IMG/VR virus record: IMGVR_UViG_3300005758_000044 | Location: 64,001-107,737 of that record | Length of the DNA: 43,737 bases | Reading direction: 5' to 3' (one strand) | Source of the DNA: a virus | Lineage: Duplodnaviria > Heunggongvirae > Uroviricota > Caudoviricetes | Part shown: positions 22,471 through 32,864 of the stretch, piece by piece | How the letters are laid out: the number at the start of each line of letters is the position of its first letter | Position numbering within the stretch: position 1 is the stretch's first letter | Notes under the pieces: generated by a model | What the model saw: only the letters and a program-made list of their open reading frames with translations | The model's database searches: none | Told to the model about the DNA's origin: nothing | Translations under genes and position numbers: made by a program

Positions 22471-22929
22471 ATGAATAACATTGAAAGATATTCGTTTGAT
22501 AGAGATGAGTTTTTGACTCCATTCGATAGTTTGTTTGATAGAGTGTTTGGATCACAGATTCCTAGTTTCTCCAAGGAATTCGGTCCCGACTTTTTCCAAA
22601 AGGGATCATATCCGAAGGTAAACGTGATCGATTATAAGAATCACATTGAGATTGTGGCGGAAATTCCCGGATTGTCTAAGGATAATGTAACCGTTAATGT
22701 TCAAGGAAATACGTTGACTATTTCGGGTACAAAGACTAATTCCGGAAAAGAAGAAGGATTGTATATTTTACGTGAATTGAAGCATTCTTCATTTAAACGT
22801 AGTTTCTCGTTGGGGGAGAATATTGATACGGAAAATATTGATGCAGCGTTTGATAATGGTATTTTGAAGGTCACGCTCAAAAAAGTGGTTCCTTCCAAAC
22901 CAGATGTTCGAAAAATTGAAATCAAGTAA
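22471..22929 (+). CDS. Small heat-shock protein Hsp20/alpha-crystallin
   Basis: YPKVNV, AEIPG, F.RSFSL, A.FDNGILKVTL. Confidence 0.95.
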   Translation: MNNIERYSFDRDEFLTPFDSLFDRVFGSQIPSFSKEFGPDFFQKGSYPKVNVIDYKNHIEIVAEIPGLSKDNVTVNVQGNTLTISGTKTNSGKEEGLYILRELKHSSFKRSFSLGENIDTENIDAAFDNGILKVTLKKVVPSKPDVRKIEIK

Positions 22930-22954
22930 ATCAACTAAATAAAGTTATATTCCG

Positions 22955-22985
22955 AAACCCCACCCTAAAAGGTGGGGTTTTTCCT
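22955..22985 (+). terminator. Intrinsic terminator
   Basis: AAACCCCACC/GGTGGGGTTT + T-run. Confidence 0.85.
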
Positions 22986-22987
22986 TT

Positions 22988-24025
22988 TTGTATATATTTA
23001 TTGGTATGAAAAAATATCTATTGAATTTCAATAATCTGTTGGGGTTTTCTGCGTTGTTCGTTGCAGCATGCGCAGCTTTTTTCTCCATATGGGGTATTGG
23101 TCTATTGTTTTCAGGGGCGTCTATATCATCGATGATTATGGCATCGTCTTTGGAGTTGGGTAAATTAGTGGCGACATCGTTTTTGTATAGGTTCTGGAAA
23201 CGAACACAGTCGTTGTTGAAAACATATTTGTGTATTGCTGTTGTTGTATTGATGGGAATTACATCTCTTGGTATTTTTGGATACCTTACAAGCGCATATC
23301 AACAATCATCAGTTCAATATTCAATGATGCAAGATCAAATTATTACTTTGGAATCTCAAAAAAAATCATATGTTGAAAAAATAGATGATGTTAAAAAGAG
23401 AATCGAATCTCTTTCTGTGTTGCGTAAAAATCAGGAAGATCGATTGAGTCAAGTAAATACAAATACGTTATTGGCTCGAAATATTATTCAATTTCGTCAA
23501 GTTCAAGATCAAACAATGGAGTTGATTGATCAAACAGATAAGAACATCAAAACAGAAAATGACAAATCACAAAATTTCCTATCTGAGATAGAAGCAATAG
23601 ATAAGAAAATCAATGATGTTAAATTATCGTCTTCTTCTGCCAAAGATATTCAGACATTTAAGTTTGTTGCTGATGCTATGAACGTGGATCTAAATACTGT
23701 AGTAAAATGGTTTATTTTGATTTTGATTTTTGTATTTGATCCTTTGGCGGTGGCATTAGTTTTGGCTTACAATGTTGCTATGGCTAAAGAATATGCTATA
23801 TATAGTGATACAGATGATGGTGAAATTCCGTCAACCGTTTCATCTTCAGCCATGGATATAAAACCACAAGAAAATACATCTACTCAAACAGAACCGTCTA
23901 CACCACCAGTCCAACCTTCGGTGGAATCCCAATCGACGATTGAATCTCAACAACCGATTGCATCCACTCCTACAGAAAAATCAAAACAGGACGAGTTTTT
24001 TAAGCTCAATTTTGCACATCGGTAA
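22988..24025 (+). CDS. Membrane protein with 3 N-terminal TM helices, coiled coil and C-terminal TM (start probably 23006)
   Basis: SLELGKLV, GIFGYL, IFVFDPLAV motifs. Confidence 0.8.
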   Translation: MYIFIGMKKYLLNFNNLLGFSALFVAACAAFFSIWGIGLLFSGASISSMIMASSLELGKLVATSFLYRFWKRTQSLLKTYLCIAVVVLMGITSLGIFGYLTSAYQQSSVQYSMMQDQIITLESQKKSYVEKIDDVKKRIESLSVLRKNQEDRLSQVNTNTLLARNIIQFRQVQDQTMELIDQTDKNIKTENDKSQNFLSEIEAIDKKINDVKLSSSSAKDIQTFKFVADAMNVDLNTVVKWFILILIFVFDPLAVALVLAYNVAMAKEYAIYSDTDDGEIPSTVSSSAMDIKPQENTSTQTEPSTPPVQPSVESQSTIESQQPIASTPTEKSKQDEFFKLNFAHR

Positions 24026-24104
24026 AAAATTTTGTAGGTTTCTAAAACGAATCACTATTTAAGTACATCTAAATGAGATACACATCATCGGCATTCCCCT
24101 TAGT

Positions 24105-24245
24105 ATGAATCAACAAGAAATTTGTGAAATAGTTGACATGTTAGCTGACGCAATAAAAACCAAAGATTGGGAATTGGTTGATGAAGCTTTAATGTATATT
24201 AAAGACTATTGCCCAGACTATGATGAAGATATAGAAGAGGAGTGA
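24105..24245 (+). CDS. 46-aa acidic hypothetical protein (not in ORF track)
   Basis: MNQQEICEIVDMLADAIKTKDWELVDEALMYIKDYCPDYDEDIEEE. Confidence 0.6.
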   Translation: MNQQEICEIVDMLADAIKTKDWELVDEALMYIKDYCPDYDEDIEEE

Positions 24246-24547
24246 TTATGATTATTTGGTTATGTATTATTGGATTGGTGTTGCTATGTGTTTTGTCGGG
24301 CGTATTAACATATCTTCTTACCATTGCACAAAATAAAATTGACATTTATGAGGAATGGATATTAGAATTCAAGAATGATGTCAATGGTGTTTATCGACAA
24401 TTGAAAAATATTGATGATAAAAACTTATTTGAAAAAGATGATGATGTTGGAGTCATTTTTTCAGAAATGTCCACCTTGATTGATAAATTAAATACCAGAA
24501 TTAAAACCGATGTCAACACTAAAAAAGAAATCCAAGAAAACGAATAA
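24242..24547 (+). CDS. Single-TM hypothetical protein
   Basis: Hydrophobic N-terminus, DDDVGVIF motif. Confidence 0.7.
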   Translation: MIMIIWLCIIGLVLLCVLSGVLTYLLTIAQNKIDIYEEWILEFKNDVNGVYRQLKNIDDKNLFEKDDDVGVIFSEMSTLIDKLNTRIKTDVNTKKEIQENE

Positions 24548-25400
24548 AGGACTGAGTAACATTCTCAAAAAGAAAGTCACACAACCAAAAACTAAATTGG
24601 AGAAGAAATCAAAAAAACTCAAGGAAGACTGCAATCTGAAAATTGAGGAACTTCCAATTCTGGAAGTAGAAAATATAGAAGATGTTGATCTTGAAACTAC
24701 ATCCTCGCCCAAGAAAAAGAAACTCATCAAAGAAAAGATGTACTTCACATCTGTAACAGAGGATGCTATTATTCAATACAATCAAGAAGAAGATGCCAGT
24801 GTTCGTGATGAAATTTACAATACACAGATAAAATTTGCATTTGAAAAATTGGTGGAAAACGTTTTCAACACATTCAAATTCTGTTACTTTGAAACAAGTC
24901 CTATTGAAGTTCAAAAAGAAACCGTAGCTCACTTGGTCGCAAATATGCACAAGTTTGAAAAAGGAAAAGGAAAAGCATTTAGTTATTTTAGCATCATTGC
25001 AAAGAACTATCTAATTTTTCAAAATAACACTAACTATAAACGGTTCAACCAACATGTTGAGATTGGCGAAGACAACGGAGAAAATACGTATAAACTTCAA
25101 CAGGAAGACTCCCACTATAAGGAAGAACAAAGTCGAGAGTTTATTGATCTTATGGTGACATTTTGGGAAAAGAATATCTCTAAAATTTTCACCAAACAAC
25201 GAGACATTAACATTGCAAATGCTGTAATTGAGTTGTTTAGAAATAGTGATCGAATAGATGCTTTCAATAAAAAAGCATTGTATTTGTATATTAGGGAGAT
25301 TTCTTCATGTAAGACTCAACAAATCACCAAAGTTATCAACAAAATGAAAAACTATCAGGCAAATATTACCAGAATGTATGCGGATGAAGGAAGTATCTAA
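24510..25400 (+). CDS. Phage RNA polymerase sigma factor (gp55-like)
   Basis: YFT..TEDAIIQYN, region-2-like KF...KGKAFSYFSIIAKNYLI; Lys-rich N-terminal extension. Confidence 0.7.
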   Translation: MSTLKKKSKKTNKGLSNILKKKVTQPKTKLEKKSKKLKEDCNLKIEELPILEVENIEDVDLETTSSPKKKKLIKEKMYFTSVTEDAIIQYNQEEDASVRDEIYNTQIKFAFEKLVENVFNTFKFCYFETSPIEVQKETVAHLVANMHKFEKGKGKAFSYFSIIAKNYLIFQNNTNYKRFNQHVEIGEDNGENTYKLQQEDSHYKEEQSREFIDLMVTFWEKNISKIFTKQRDINIANAVIELFRNSDRIDAFNKKALYLYIREISSCKTQQITKVINKMKNYQANITRMYADEGSI

Positions 25401-25426
25401 TACACAATCTACAAAATAAAATAAGG

Positions 25427-25453
25427 AAAACCACTCAGTTTTGAGTGGTTTTT
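25427..25453 (+). terminator. Intrinsic terminator
   Basis: AAAACCACTCA/TGAGTGGTTTT. Confidence 0.8.
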
Positions 25454-25477
25454 CTATTTATACCATGAATTGTTGAT

Positions 25478-25855
25478 ATGGACAACGACATTGAGATATA
25501 TAAAAACAAAAAGTTTTCGGATCTATGCAAGGATATTGTATCCAACTCTGAAAGCAGTCGTGATCAATTGGATATATTAATCAGCGACCTACGATTATTG
25601 GTTAAAACTCCAAATGATGCGTTGTTGATTGTACCACTAATCCGAGACTATTTAGATGTAAGAGTAAGAAACGACGAACATTTGGTAAAACTTGCTGCTG
25701 TGATTCAAAAAATCATAACACGTCAATCCGTTAATGTTGACGGATCGATGGAAGGATTTGTTATTACGGAAGAAGAGAAACGACAGATTATGCAAGAGAT
25801 CGAAGGAATTAAAATAGAAGCAGAAAAGCCGGTAAAACCCACTAAAGTAAAATGA
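25478..25855 (+). CDS. Conserved-looking helical phage protein
   Basis: FSDLCKDI..IVPLIRDYLDV.VRNDEHLVKLA. Confidence 0.7.
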   Translation: MDNDIEIYKNKKFSDLCKDIVSNSESSRDQLDILISDLRLLVKTPNDALLIVPLIRDYLDVRVRNDEHLVKLAAVIQKIITRQSVNVDGSMEGFVITEEEKRQIMQEIEGIKIEAEKPVKPTKVK

Positions 25856-27573
25856 CAAATAATAATCCTTTACCAATGGATTTGTCAAAAGATACAAATC
25901 TATTGGCAACAAAAAAAGATGTTAAGTTTCTCTTACAAGATCAACGAGCATGCGTTCAATATGAACCAGCGGTGGTTTTGGATATTATTTTGGATCAGGA
26001 CCATCCAGAATTAACCGATAAAGGACATTACATTGATACCGGACAATGGCCAGAAAACTATATTGGTCAAAAAGCAAATGTAGATGATATCGACTATACA
26101 TGGGTTGGCCGTGCCAAAATACGACTTTTGAATTCACAAACAAGTTTGCCAAAAGAAGGATTGTCATGGGCCATGCCTTTAGAAATTGGTATATCAGAGT
26201 ATCCTTTGGTAAACGAAATTGTAGGTGTAATTGAGTATCAGGGAAATCTCTATTATACACGAAAAATTAATTACAGAAATTTCATCAACAATAACGCTGA
26301 CATAGGTTTTGAATTGACATATGGTGGCGGAATGGGAAATCGTGAGGAATTGTCTGATGAAAAAGACCCACAATTTGTAGACTACAAAGGACCGGTGAGT
26401 AAATTAACGGACGACGGGGGTTATGGATTTGAGGGTGCATTGGGTCGGTACTTTTTACATAATCCAAATATTCGGTCACTAAAACGATTTGAAGGTGATA
26501 CCGTATATGAAAGTCGATTTGGACAATCAATACGACTGGGTGCGTATGATGATAACCGTGAAAATGACAAAGGATACAGCAATGTACCCGAAGAAAATTT
26601 CAACGGATATGATGATTATAACATAGGTAAAGGTAAGAAAAACAACTTCTATAAAGGTAAGTTTTATGTTGGTGGTGGAAATCCAATGATGTTGTTTCGA
26701 AACCGCCAGAGACCATTAAAAAAGAACAGAGATATTCAATTACACCCACGTCTTCCAATTATACACAAAATCGACGAGGATGACAACGATAATCCGGAAA
26801 AAAACGTTGGAGGGTATCTGTTAGAAGACATTAATAATGATGGAACATCCATACACATTACATCAGGATGTACCATTTCTAAATTTGTTACTACGTGTTA
26901 CAAACGAATGTTTGGTGTCATCGGATCTGATACTGGTGAAGAAGTTGATGCGTTTTGTCCACCCAATGCTACGGAGTTTAAATATCCGATACTCAACAAA
27001 GATCAGTTTGTATTGAATACAGATAGAATCATACTCAGTAGTAGATTTGGAGAGACATTTCATTTTTCAAAACGACGATATGCAATTGTTACTGATTCGG
27101 AATATACTCTAGATGCTCATGATCAAGTGGTAATTACCACTCACAAAAAAGCAGTTATTAATGCGCCTGTAATTTTCTTGGGAGAATATAATCAAACCGG
27201 AGAGCCCGCTTTGCTGGGTCAAACCACTGTAGATTGGTTGTTTGATTTGTGTGAATGGCTTAAAACACATGTTCATTGGTACATCCACAGTCATCCTGAT
27301 GCTGGTGGTGCAGATCCTAATTTTACACAAGTTCCAGTTCAGTTACTTGATTTACAAGATTTAGAAAACCGATTAGATATATTGTTAAGCCGACGAGTAT
27401 TTCTTACTGGCGGTGGATATGCTCCGGGTCAAGATGGTGTCCCAATCACTGATGGATCCGATCCTACGGTAATCAACACTATTACAGGTGAAGGTGTTCC
27501 GGGTGGATTCAACGGTGCGGATCGAAGAGGGCGACAAGAAACTGGAGAATTGAATGTCAACAGTACAACATAA
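25852..27573 (+). CDS. Baseplate hub/spike protein (gp5/VgrG-like)
   Basis: OB-like N-terminus (AVVLDII, YPLVNEIV), EGD..YESRFGQSIRLG, beta-helix-like TDRIILSSR, VFLG..EPALLG; next to gp25/gp6-like genes. Confidence 0.65.
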   Translation: MTNNNPLPMDLSKDTNLLATKKDVKFLLQDQRACVQYEPAVVLDIILDQDHPELTDKGHYIDTGQWPENYIGQKANVDDIDYTWVGRAKIRLLNSQTSLPKEGLSWAMPLEIGISEYPLVNEIVGVIEYQGNLYYTRKINYRNFINNNADIGFELTYGGGMGNREELSDEKDPQFVDYKGPVSKLTDDGGYGFEGALGRYFLHNPNIRSLKRFEGDTVYESRFGQSIRLGAYDDNRENDKGYSNVPEENFNGYDDYNIGKGKKNNFYKGKFYVGGGNPMMLFRNRQRPLKKNRDIQLHPRLPIIHKIDEDDNDNPEKNVGGYLLEDINNDGTSIHITSGCTISKFVTTCYKRMFGVIGSDTGEEVDAFCPPNATEFKYPILNKDQFVLNTDRIILSSRFGETFHFSKRRYAIVTDSEYTLDAHDQVVITTHKKAVINAPVIFLGEYNQTGEPALLGQTTVDWLFDLCEWLKTHVHWYIHSHPDAGGADPNFTQVPVQLLDLQDLENRLDILLSRRVFLTGGGYAPGQDGVPITDGSDPTVINTITGEGVPGGFNGADRRGRQETGELNVNSTT

Positions 27574-27613
27574 CTAGTGTTTCTACGTCGTATTTTCATA
27601 TTTATCAATTACT

Positions 27614-28054
27614 ATGACCAAAGAATCTTTAAAACAATTGATCAGAGAGATTGTCCAAGAAGAAATTAAACAAACTCTTCCGACAGTTCTTCCACAGATT
27701 ATGGCTGAAATCTTCACTGGTAAGGGTCAACAGACGACTTCCACGTTAAAGAATGAAGTTAAAAAGCAACAAACAACAAATACTGTTGTTGAGAAGCCGA
27801 AGAAGGAATTAAAAGTATATACAAAAAATGAAATTCTTAACAAGGTTTTGAATGAAACTGTGGGTGGTGTTCCTCAAGAAGGTTCTTTAGTAGCATCGGG
27901 GATGGGTCAATCTACAGTATCCGTTATGGACCACGTTGATAAAGTACCAGAACCCGTATCAAAGGCATTAACCAGAAACTATTCGTCGTTGCTTAAGGCA
28001 ATGGATAGGAAACGAGGGTCTACATCTGGTAGTAACCTAGTCGGAATGATGTAA
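27614..28054 (+). CDS. Hypothetical virion-associated protein
   Basis: LKQLIREIVQEEI, ILNKVLNET motifs. Confidence 0.7.
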   Translation: MTKESLKQLIREIVQEEIKQTLPTVLPQIMAEIFTGKGQQTTSTLKNEVKKQQTTNTVVEKPKKELKVYTKNEILNKVLNETVGGVPQEGSLVASGMGQSTVSVMDHVDKVPEPVSKALTRNYSSLLKAMDRKRGSTSGSNLVGMM

Positions 28055-28055
28055 T

Positions 28056-28445
28056 ATGGCTAACTTGTATCCACTCGGGTTGACTTTACCTATTCAAAAC
28101 GGGTCTGGTGGATTTTTTGCTCAAACAACATATACACTGGAACAGGTAAAGACCAACATAATCAATCTGTTGAATACCCGAAAGGGAGAAAGACGTATGC
28201 AGCCTACGTTTGGTCATTCTCTTAACAAGTTTGTATTTGATCAAAATGATGCTACTTTGCCACAACGTGTAAAACAATCACTTACCAACGATATAAACTA
28301 TTGGGTACCTGTTGCTAATATAGATAATATCGAGATAAAAGTCCTAAAAAAGGAAGATGTGGATATTTATAGACTATACATCAATTTGACCATATCTGTA
28401 AATAATGATCAAGCCTCAATTGAGATGTTTTTGGAAAATAACTAA
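28056..28445 (+). CDS. Baseplate wedge/sheath-initiator protein (GPW/gp25 family)
   Basis: QVKTNIINLLNTRKGERRMQPTFG..INYWVP. Confidence 0.9.
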   Translation: MANLYPLGLTLPIQNGSGGFFAQTTYTLEQVKTNIINLLNTRKGERRMQPTFGHSLNKFVFDQNDATLPQRVKQSLTNDINYWVPVANIDNIEIKVLKKEDVDIYRLYINLTISVNNDQASIEMFLENN

Positions 28446-28447
28446 TT

Positions 28448-30403
28448 ATGGCGTCTACTACACAAAAAACGTTCAAACCCTTGACTAACAAGGACGTGTC
28501 TTATTTGAATCGTGATTTTTCACAGTTCAAGAAGAACCTCATTGATTATACCAAGTCATACTTTCCAAAAAACTATCAGGATTTTTCAGATTCTTCACCG
28601 GGAACGATTTTTATCGACATGGCATCATATGTAGGTGATGTACTTGGTTTTTATTTGGATCAACAGTTCAAGGAAAGTTTGTTTCCATATACAGAAGAAA
28701 AGAAAAATGTAATTGCTCTGGCTAAGTTTTTAGGATACAAACCAAAAGTATCACGACCTTCTCTTACAAATTTTGATGTATATCAGATTATACCATCAAT
28801 AAAAGACAACTCTGGTAATTATGTTCCAGACAATAAATATGCTCTACGCATCAAGGAGGGTATGCAGTTGGTTAATAGCGCGGGATCATACTTTGTTACA
28901 ACTGATTTGATCGACTTTGCTGTAGATAGTGTCAATTCATCAAGAGAAGTGTCTGTAAGTGCTAGAGACGACTATGGAATTCCACAATTCTTTTTGATCA
29001 AAAAGACCGTCAATGGCATATCCGGAAAAATCGTACAAAAAACTTTTATTGTGGCAGAAAATAAACCATACTACAAGTTATACTTGGATGAAAAGAATGT
29101 ATTGGAGATACTAGACGTTCGTGATCAAGACAATACAAAATGGTATGAAGTTGATTACTTGGCTCAAGATGTGGTGTTGACATCATATGAAAATTCATCA
29201 CTAAATGACGACCGTTATATTCAGTATCAGTCGTCGGTTCCAAATATACTAAAACTTTTGCGTACGCAAAGAAAATTTACAACCAACATTAATTCCGATG
29301 ATCTTACGTATTTGGAGTTTGGACCGGGCAATGAAGGAGTAAACGATGAAGTGATTGTTCCATCGGCTGAAATACTAGGTGTTAGTCTTAGTAATCTAAG
29401 AACACTAAATGTTTCCGTTGATCCAACAAATATTATCAATTCAGATTCATTCGGAATATATCCAAAAAAAGACACACAATTTATTGTCAGATATTTGGTA
29501 GGCGGAGGCATCGAATCCAATAGTCAAACAGGAGATATTAAAAACATTGTTAGTGTTGAATACGAAAACGATTTAACTTTATTGACCACCGCTGAACAAA
29601 ACTTGTTTCAGGTGGTGAAGAACTCTTTGGCTGTGGAAAATAATGTTCCAGCTGTCGGAGGCGACGGACCAGAATCATCTGATGAAATCAAACAAAATGC
29701 CACAGCATTTTTCTCTGCACAAAATCGTGTGGTTACAGCGGATGATTATATTTCTCGCGTATATGCAATGCCTGCCAAATTTGGTTCTATAGCTAAAGCC
29801 ACTGTCATATCTGATAATAATTTGAATGCAAATTCAATCGTAAGTGGTGTGTTGACGCAAGAAAATACGGTTAAATCTGATCGTGTAATCAGTGGTAATT
29901 TGAAAAATCCATTTTCAATTAACATATATTTGCTTTCATACGATCAAAACAAAAACTTGACCAAACCAAACGTAGCATTGTTAAACAATGTTAGACAATA
30001 TCTTAGCTTATATAGAATGATGACCGATGGTATCAATTTAATAGAAGGTTATGTTGTTAATGTGGGGGTTGAGTTTAGAATTGTAACATACAATAACTTT
30101 AACAAAAAAGAAGTATTAGTTAATTGTGTAAACGCTGTCAAACAATTTTTTAATATTGATTTGTGGGGTTTTTCACAACCAATCAATTTGAGTCAGTTGG
30201 AGCTTGAGATTGCAAAGGTTGAAGGAGTTCAGTCAGTTGCTTATCTCAAATTGTCTAATTTGACTACAAAAGATGGCGAATATTCTCCTATTGAATACAA
30301 CATTGATGCAGCAACGGTAAATAAAATTGTTTATCCATCGTTGGATCCGTGTGTATTTGAATTGAAATATCCAGACGTAGACATAAAAGCAACAGCAGTA
30401 TAA
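28448..30403 (+). CDS. Baseplate wedge subunit (T4 gp6/J-like)
   Basis: YLNRDF, DFSDSSPG, FIDMASYVGDVL, AQNRVVTADDY, GGDGPES. Confidence 0.85.
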   Translation: MASTTQKTFKPLTNKDVSYLNRDFSQFKKNLIDYTKSYFPKNYQDFSDSSPGTIFIDMASYVGDVLGFYLDQQFKESLFPYTEEKKNVIALAKFLGYKPKVSRPSLTNFDVYQIIPSIKDNSGNYVPDNKYALRIKEGMQLVNSAGSYFVTTDLIDFAVDSVNSSREVSVSARDDYGIPQFFLIKKTVNGISGKIVQKTFIVAENKPYYKLYLDEKNVLEILDVRDQDNTKWYEVDYLAQDVVLTSYENSSLNDDRYIQYQSSVPNILKLLRTQRKFTTNINSDDLTYLEFGPGNEGVNDEVIVPSAEILGVSLSNLRTLNVSVDPTNIINSDSFGIYPKKDTQFIVRYLVGGGIESNSQTGDIKNIVSVEYENDLTLLTTAEQNLFQVVKNSLAVENNVPAVGGDGPESSDEIKQNATAFFSAQNRVVTADDYISRVYAMPAKFGSIAKATVISDNNLNANSIVSGVLTQENTVKSDRVISGNLKNPFSINIYLLSYDQNKNLTKPNVALLNNVRQYLSLYRMMTDGINLIEGYVVNVGVEFRIVTYNNFNKKEVLVNCVNAVKQFFNIDLWGFSQPINLSQLELEIAKVEGVQSVAYLKLSNLTTKDGEYSPIEYNIDAATVNKIVYPSLDPCVFELKYPDVDIKATAV

Positions 30404-30404
30404 T

Positions 30405-32864
30405 ATGCACCATTTCATATTTCCATCAAAAGACACCTACATAACCAATCTCAACGGATTGGAAAATAAAAACTTTGGTATTGATGAAATACTAACTGTG
30501 GCCGGTCAGTCATATACAATCAATTCTATAACCAAATATCAGTCGGCTAGTATTTCATCATCTGGTACGTTTTTGGAAAATCTGATAAACTTCACAGGGT
30601 CCGTTGATGCATATTTTTCGGGCAGTACGGTAAATACTATCATTTCTGATATTTCCACTGAAACTACCGTTGTTAATGGTACGGTTATTGGATATGTAAA
30701 TCCCACAGAAATCTCTCATTCTAACTTTACTACATCCAACTTTACCGGAACTTTTACTGGTAGTTTGTATGGTTATGTATCATCGGCTACAATAAATGGT
30801 ACAACGTACACAAATCAATTGGTGTCCACACTTAATAATGTTAGCGGCAGTGTCACACAATTGTCGGGAAGTCTTTCAGGATCAGCAATTTTAGGACAAA
30901 TTTCTGGTAGTTTGACCGGAGTTGTTCATGAATTTTCTGGTAGCATGAATTTGGTATCAGGAACGTTATTAGGATCGGTTGTCGGGTCGTATTCATATTA
31001 CAACCCAAGATTTAAGACAACAACAAAATCCTCTTTATCACGAACGATGTTAAAGTTTAATATCACATCAATATCAAGTTCGATACGAAATGGTGATATT
31101 CAAGATCCTAAATTTGTTCTGAGACTAAATGTTTTGGAACAACAAGAACTTCCATTCGAATACACCGTTTATGCATATCCGATCAGTCAAAGTTGGGAAA
31201 TGGGCGATGGAAGATTCGCTGAATATGGATCGGATTTGGGTGCAAGTTGGAACTACAGAAACGTAAGTGGTGGTCAATTGTGGCATGGATTGAATCCGAC
31301 CACTATTACGGGTAATTATTTAACCAGTTCTGCATACAAAGAACAAGTATTCAATAATGGCGGGGCTACTTGGTATTACAGTATTCCAAATACATTTGTA
31401 GAACCAACATCAAGTATATCTACATCATTTTTTACCGTAGAATCGTCGTCGCCTACATTCGAACAACAGTATTCCTCAAGTTTATCTTCAAATCTGTCAT
31501 CTAGTTTCAATAACATATTGTCATCGAGTTTGTATTCTGTTATTTCAGAATCAAATGCATATCAAACAAATGTAGACAATGCATATGATTTATTGACATC
31601 GATTGCAGATCCTACATATCAAAATACCTCAAGCAGTATTGCTGATTATTTACTCACTGTCAATACAACCGCGTCGGTCCCATGTAATAGCTGTTCATTG
31701 TATCAACAAGAATACAGTTCAAGCACATTATTTGTAAACCACTTGAGTGCTAGTATTCAAACTATTCTTCACGATTCTTCTTCAGCAAAATCATATGGTG
31801 ATTTGGCATCAACGTATTATTTGCAACTGTCAAGTAGTATGTATGGATCTTCACCGACGACATTTAATCAAGTATACACAATACTAAACGGATGGGTAGC
31901 AAATGCTGATTCTGCTAGTTTGTATGCTACAAATGTTAATAACACATATTTGGATTTTTCATCGAGTCTATCAGATATGTTAGGGACCACGGATCCTTAT
32001 TTGATTTATGTGAGTCAGAGTATGTCACCGTCGTTAGTTACCAGTTCGTTAAGTTTATTGAACGCACAGTTTTCTTCTAGTGCTACAGATGCATTTTCAT
32101 CGAGTCTAATTGAATATATCAACAATCAAATATCTATCGTTGAGACACAAACATCATCAAGTGTTTCCGGGTCACTGACACAATCATTCACGGCGCCATT
32201 TTATGATTCAATTGTAGCAGGTGGGTCATTGATAACCTCTCAAAGTTTTGATTATGAATCATCTGATATTAAGATGGATATTACTCCTATCGTAAAATCG
32301 TGGATTGCAGGGGCAATTCCAAACGAAGGACTGATTTTGCTTACATCCGAAGAACTCACCGTAAATACGTCGTCAAACGGAATGTTGGGATTCTACAGCA
32401 AAGAAACCAATACAATTTATTCCCCTCATATTGATGTAGTATGGGACGACAGTACATTTGTTACAAGCAGTTTACAACCATTGGACACCGATGTTCCTTA
32501 TGTTGTCACCGTCAAAAATCTTAAAAAAGAATATCAACACGATAGTGTTGTCAGAATAAATGTTTTTGCTAGAGACAAATTTCCACTCAAGAATTTTGTT
32601 AAAGCAACACAACAATCTGCACATCTAACACCAAAATATCTACCAGAAACTACTTATTATTCTATACGAGATACAGAAACAGAAGAAGTCATTATTGATT
32701 TCGACGAAGGTACTAAATTAAGCTGTGATTCAAATGGTAACTATTTTATGTTAGACATGACGGGTCTTCCACAAGAAAGATATTTCAAGATTCTCATAAA
32801 GACTGTCATAAATGGAGCCGTCGAAGTGACAGATAACAATACTTATTTCAAAGTTGTTCGATAA
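30405..32864 (+). CDS. Virion structural protein (DNRLRE-like core) with large Ser/Thr-rich inserts
   Basis: FPSKDTYI..NFGIDEIL, SRTMLKF, DITPIVKSW..PNEGLIL, FYSKETNTIYSP. Confidence 0.65.
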   Translation: MHHFIFPSKDTYITNLNGLENKNFGIDEILTVAGQSYTINSITKYQSASISSSGTFLENLINFTGSVDAYFSGSTVNTIISDISTETTVVNGTVIGYVNPTEISHSNFTTSNFTGTFTGSLYGYVSSATINGTTYTNQLVSTLNNVSGSVTQLSGSLSGSAILGQISGSLTGVVHEFSGSMNLVSGTLLGSVVGSYSYYNPRFKTTTKSSLSRTMLKFNITSISSSIRNGDIQDPKFVLRLNVLEQQELPFEYTVYAYPISQSWEMGDGRFAEYGSDLGASWNYRNVSGGQLWHGLNPTTITGNYLTSSAYKEQVFNNGGATWYYSIPNTFVEPTSSISTSFFTVESSSPTFEQQYSSSLSSNLSSSFNNILSSSLYSVISESNAYQTNVDNAYDLLTSIADPTYQNTSSSIADYLLTVNTTASVPCNSCSLYQQEYSSSTLFVNHLSASIQTILHDSSSAKSYGDLASTYYLQLSSSMYGSSPTTFNQVYTILNGWVANADSASLYATNVNNTYLDFSSSLSDMLGTTDPYLIYVSQSMSPSLVTSSLSLLNAQFSSSATDAFSSSLIEYINNQISIVETQTSSSVSGSLTQSFTAPFYDSIVAGGSLITSQSFDYESSDIKMDITPIVKSWIAGAIPNEGLILLTSEELTVNTSSNGMLGFYSKETNTIYSPHIDVVWDDSTFVTSSLQPLDTDVPYVVTVKNLKKEYQHDSVVRINVFARDKFPLKNFVKATQQSAHLTPKYLPETTYYSIRDTETEEVIIDFDEGTKLSCDSNGNYFMLDMTGLPQERYFKILIKTVINGAVEVTDNNTYFKVVR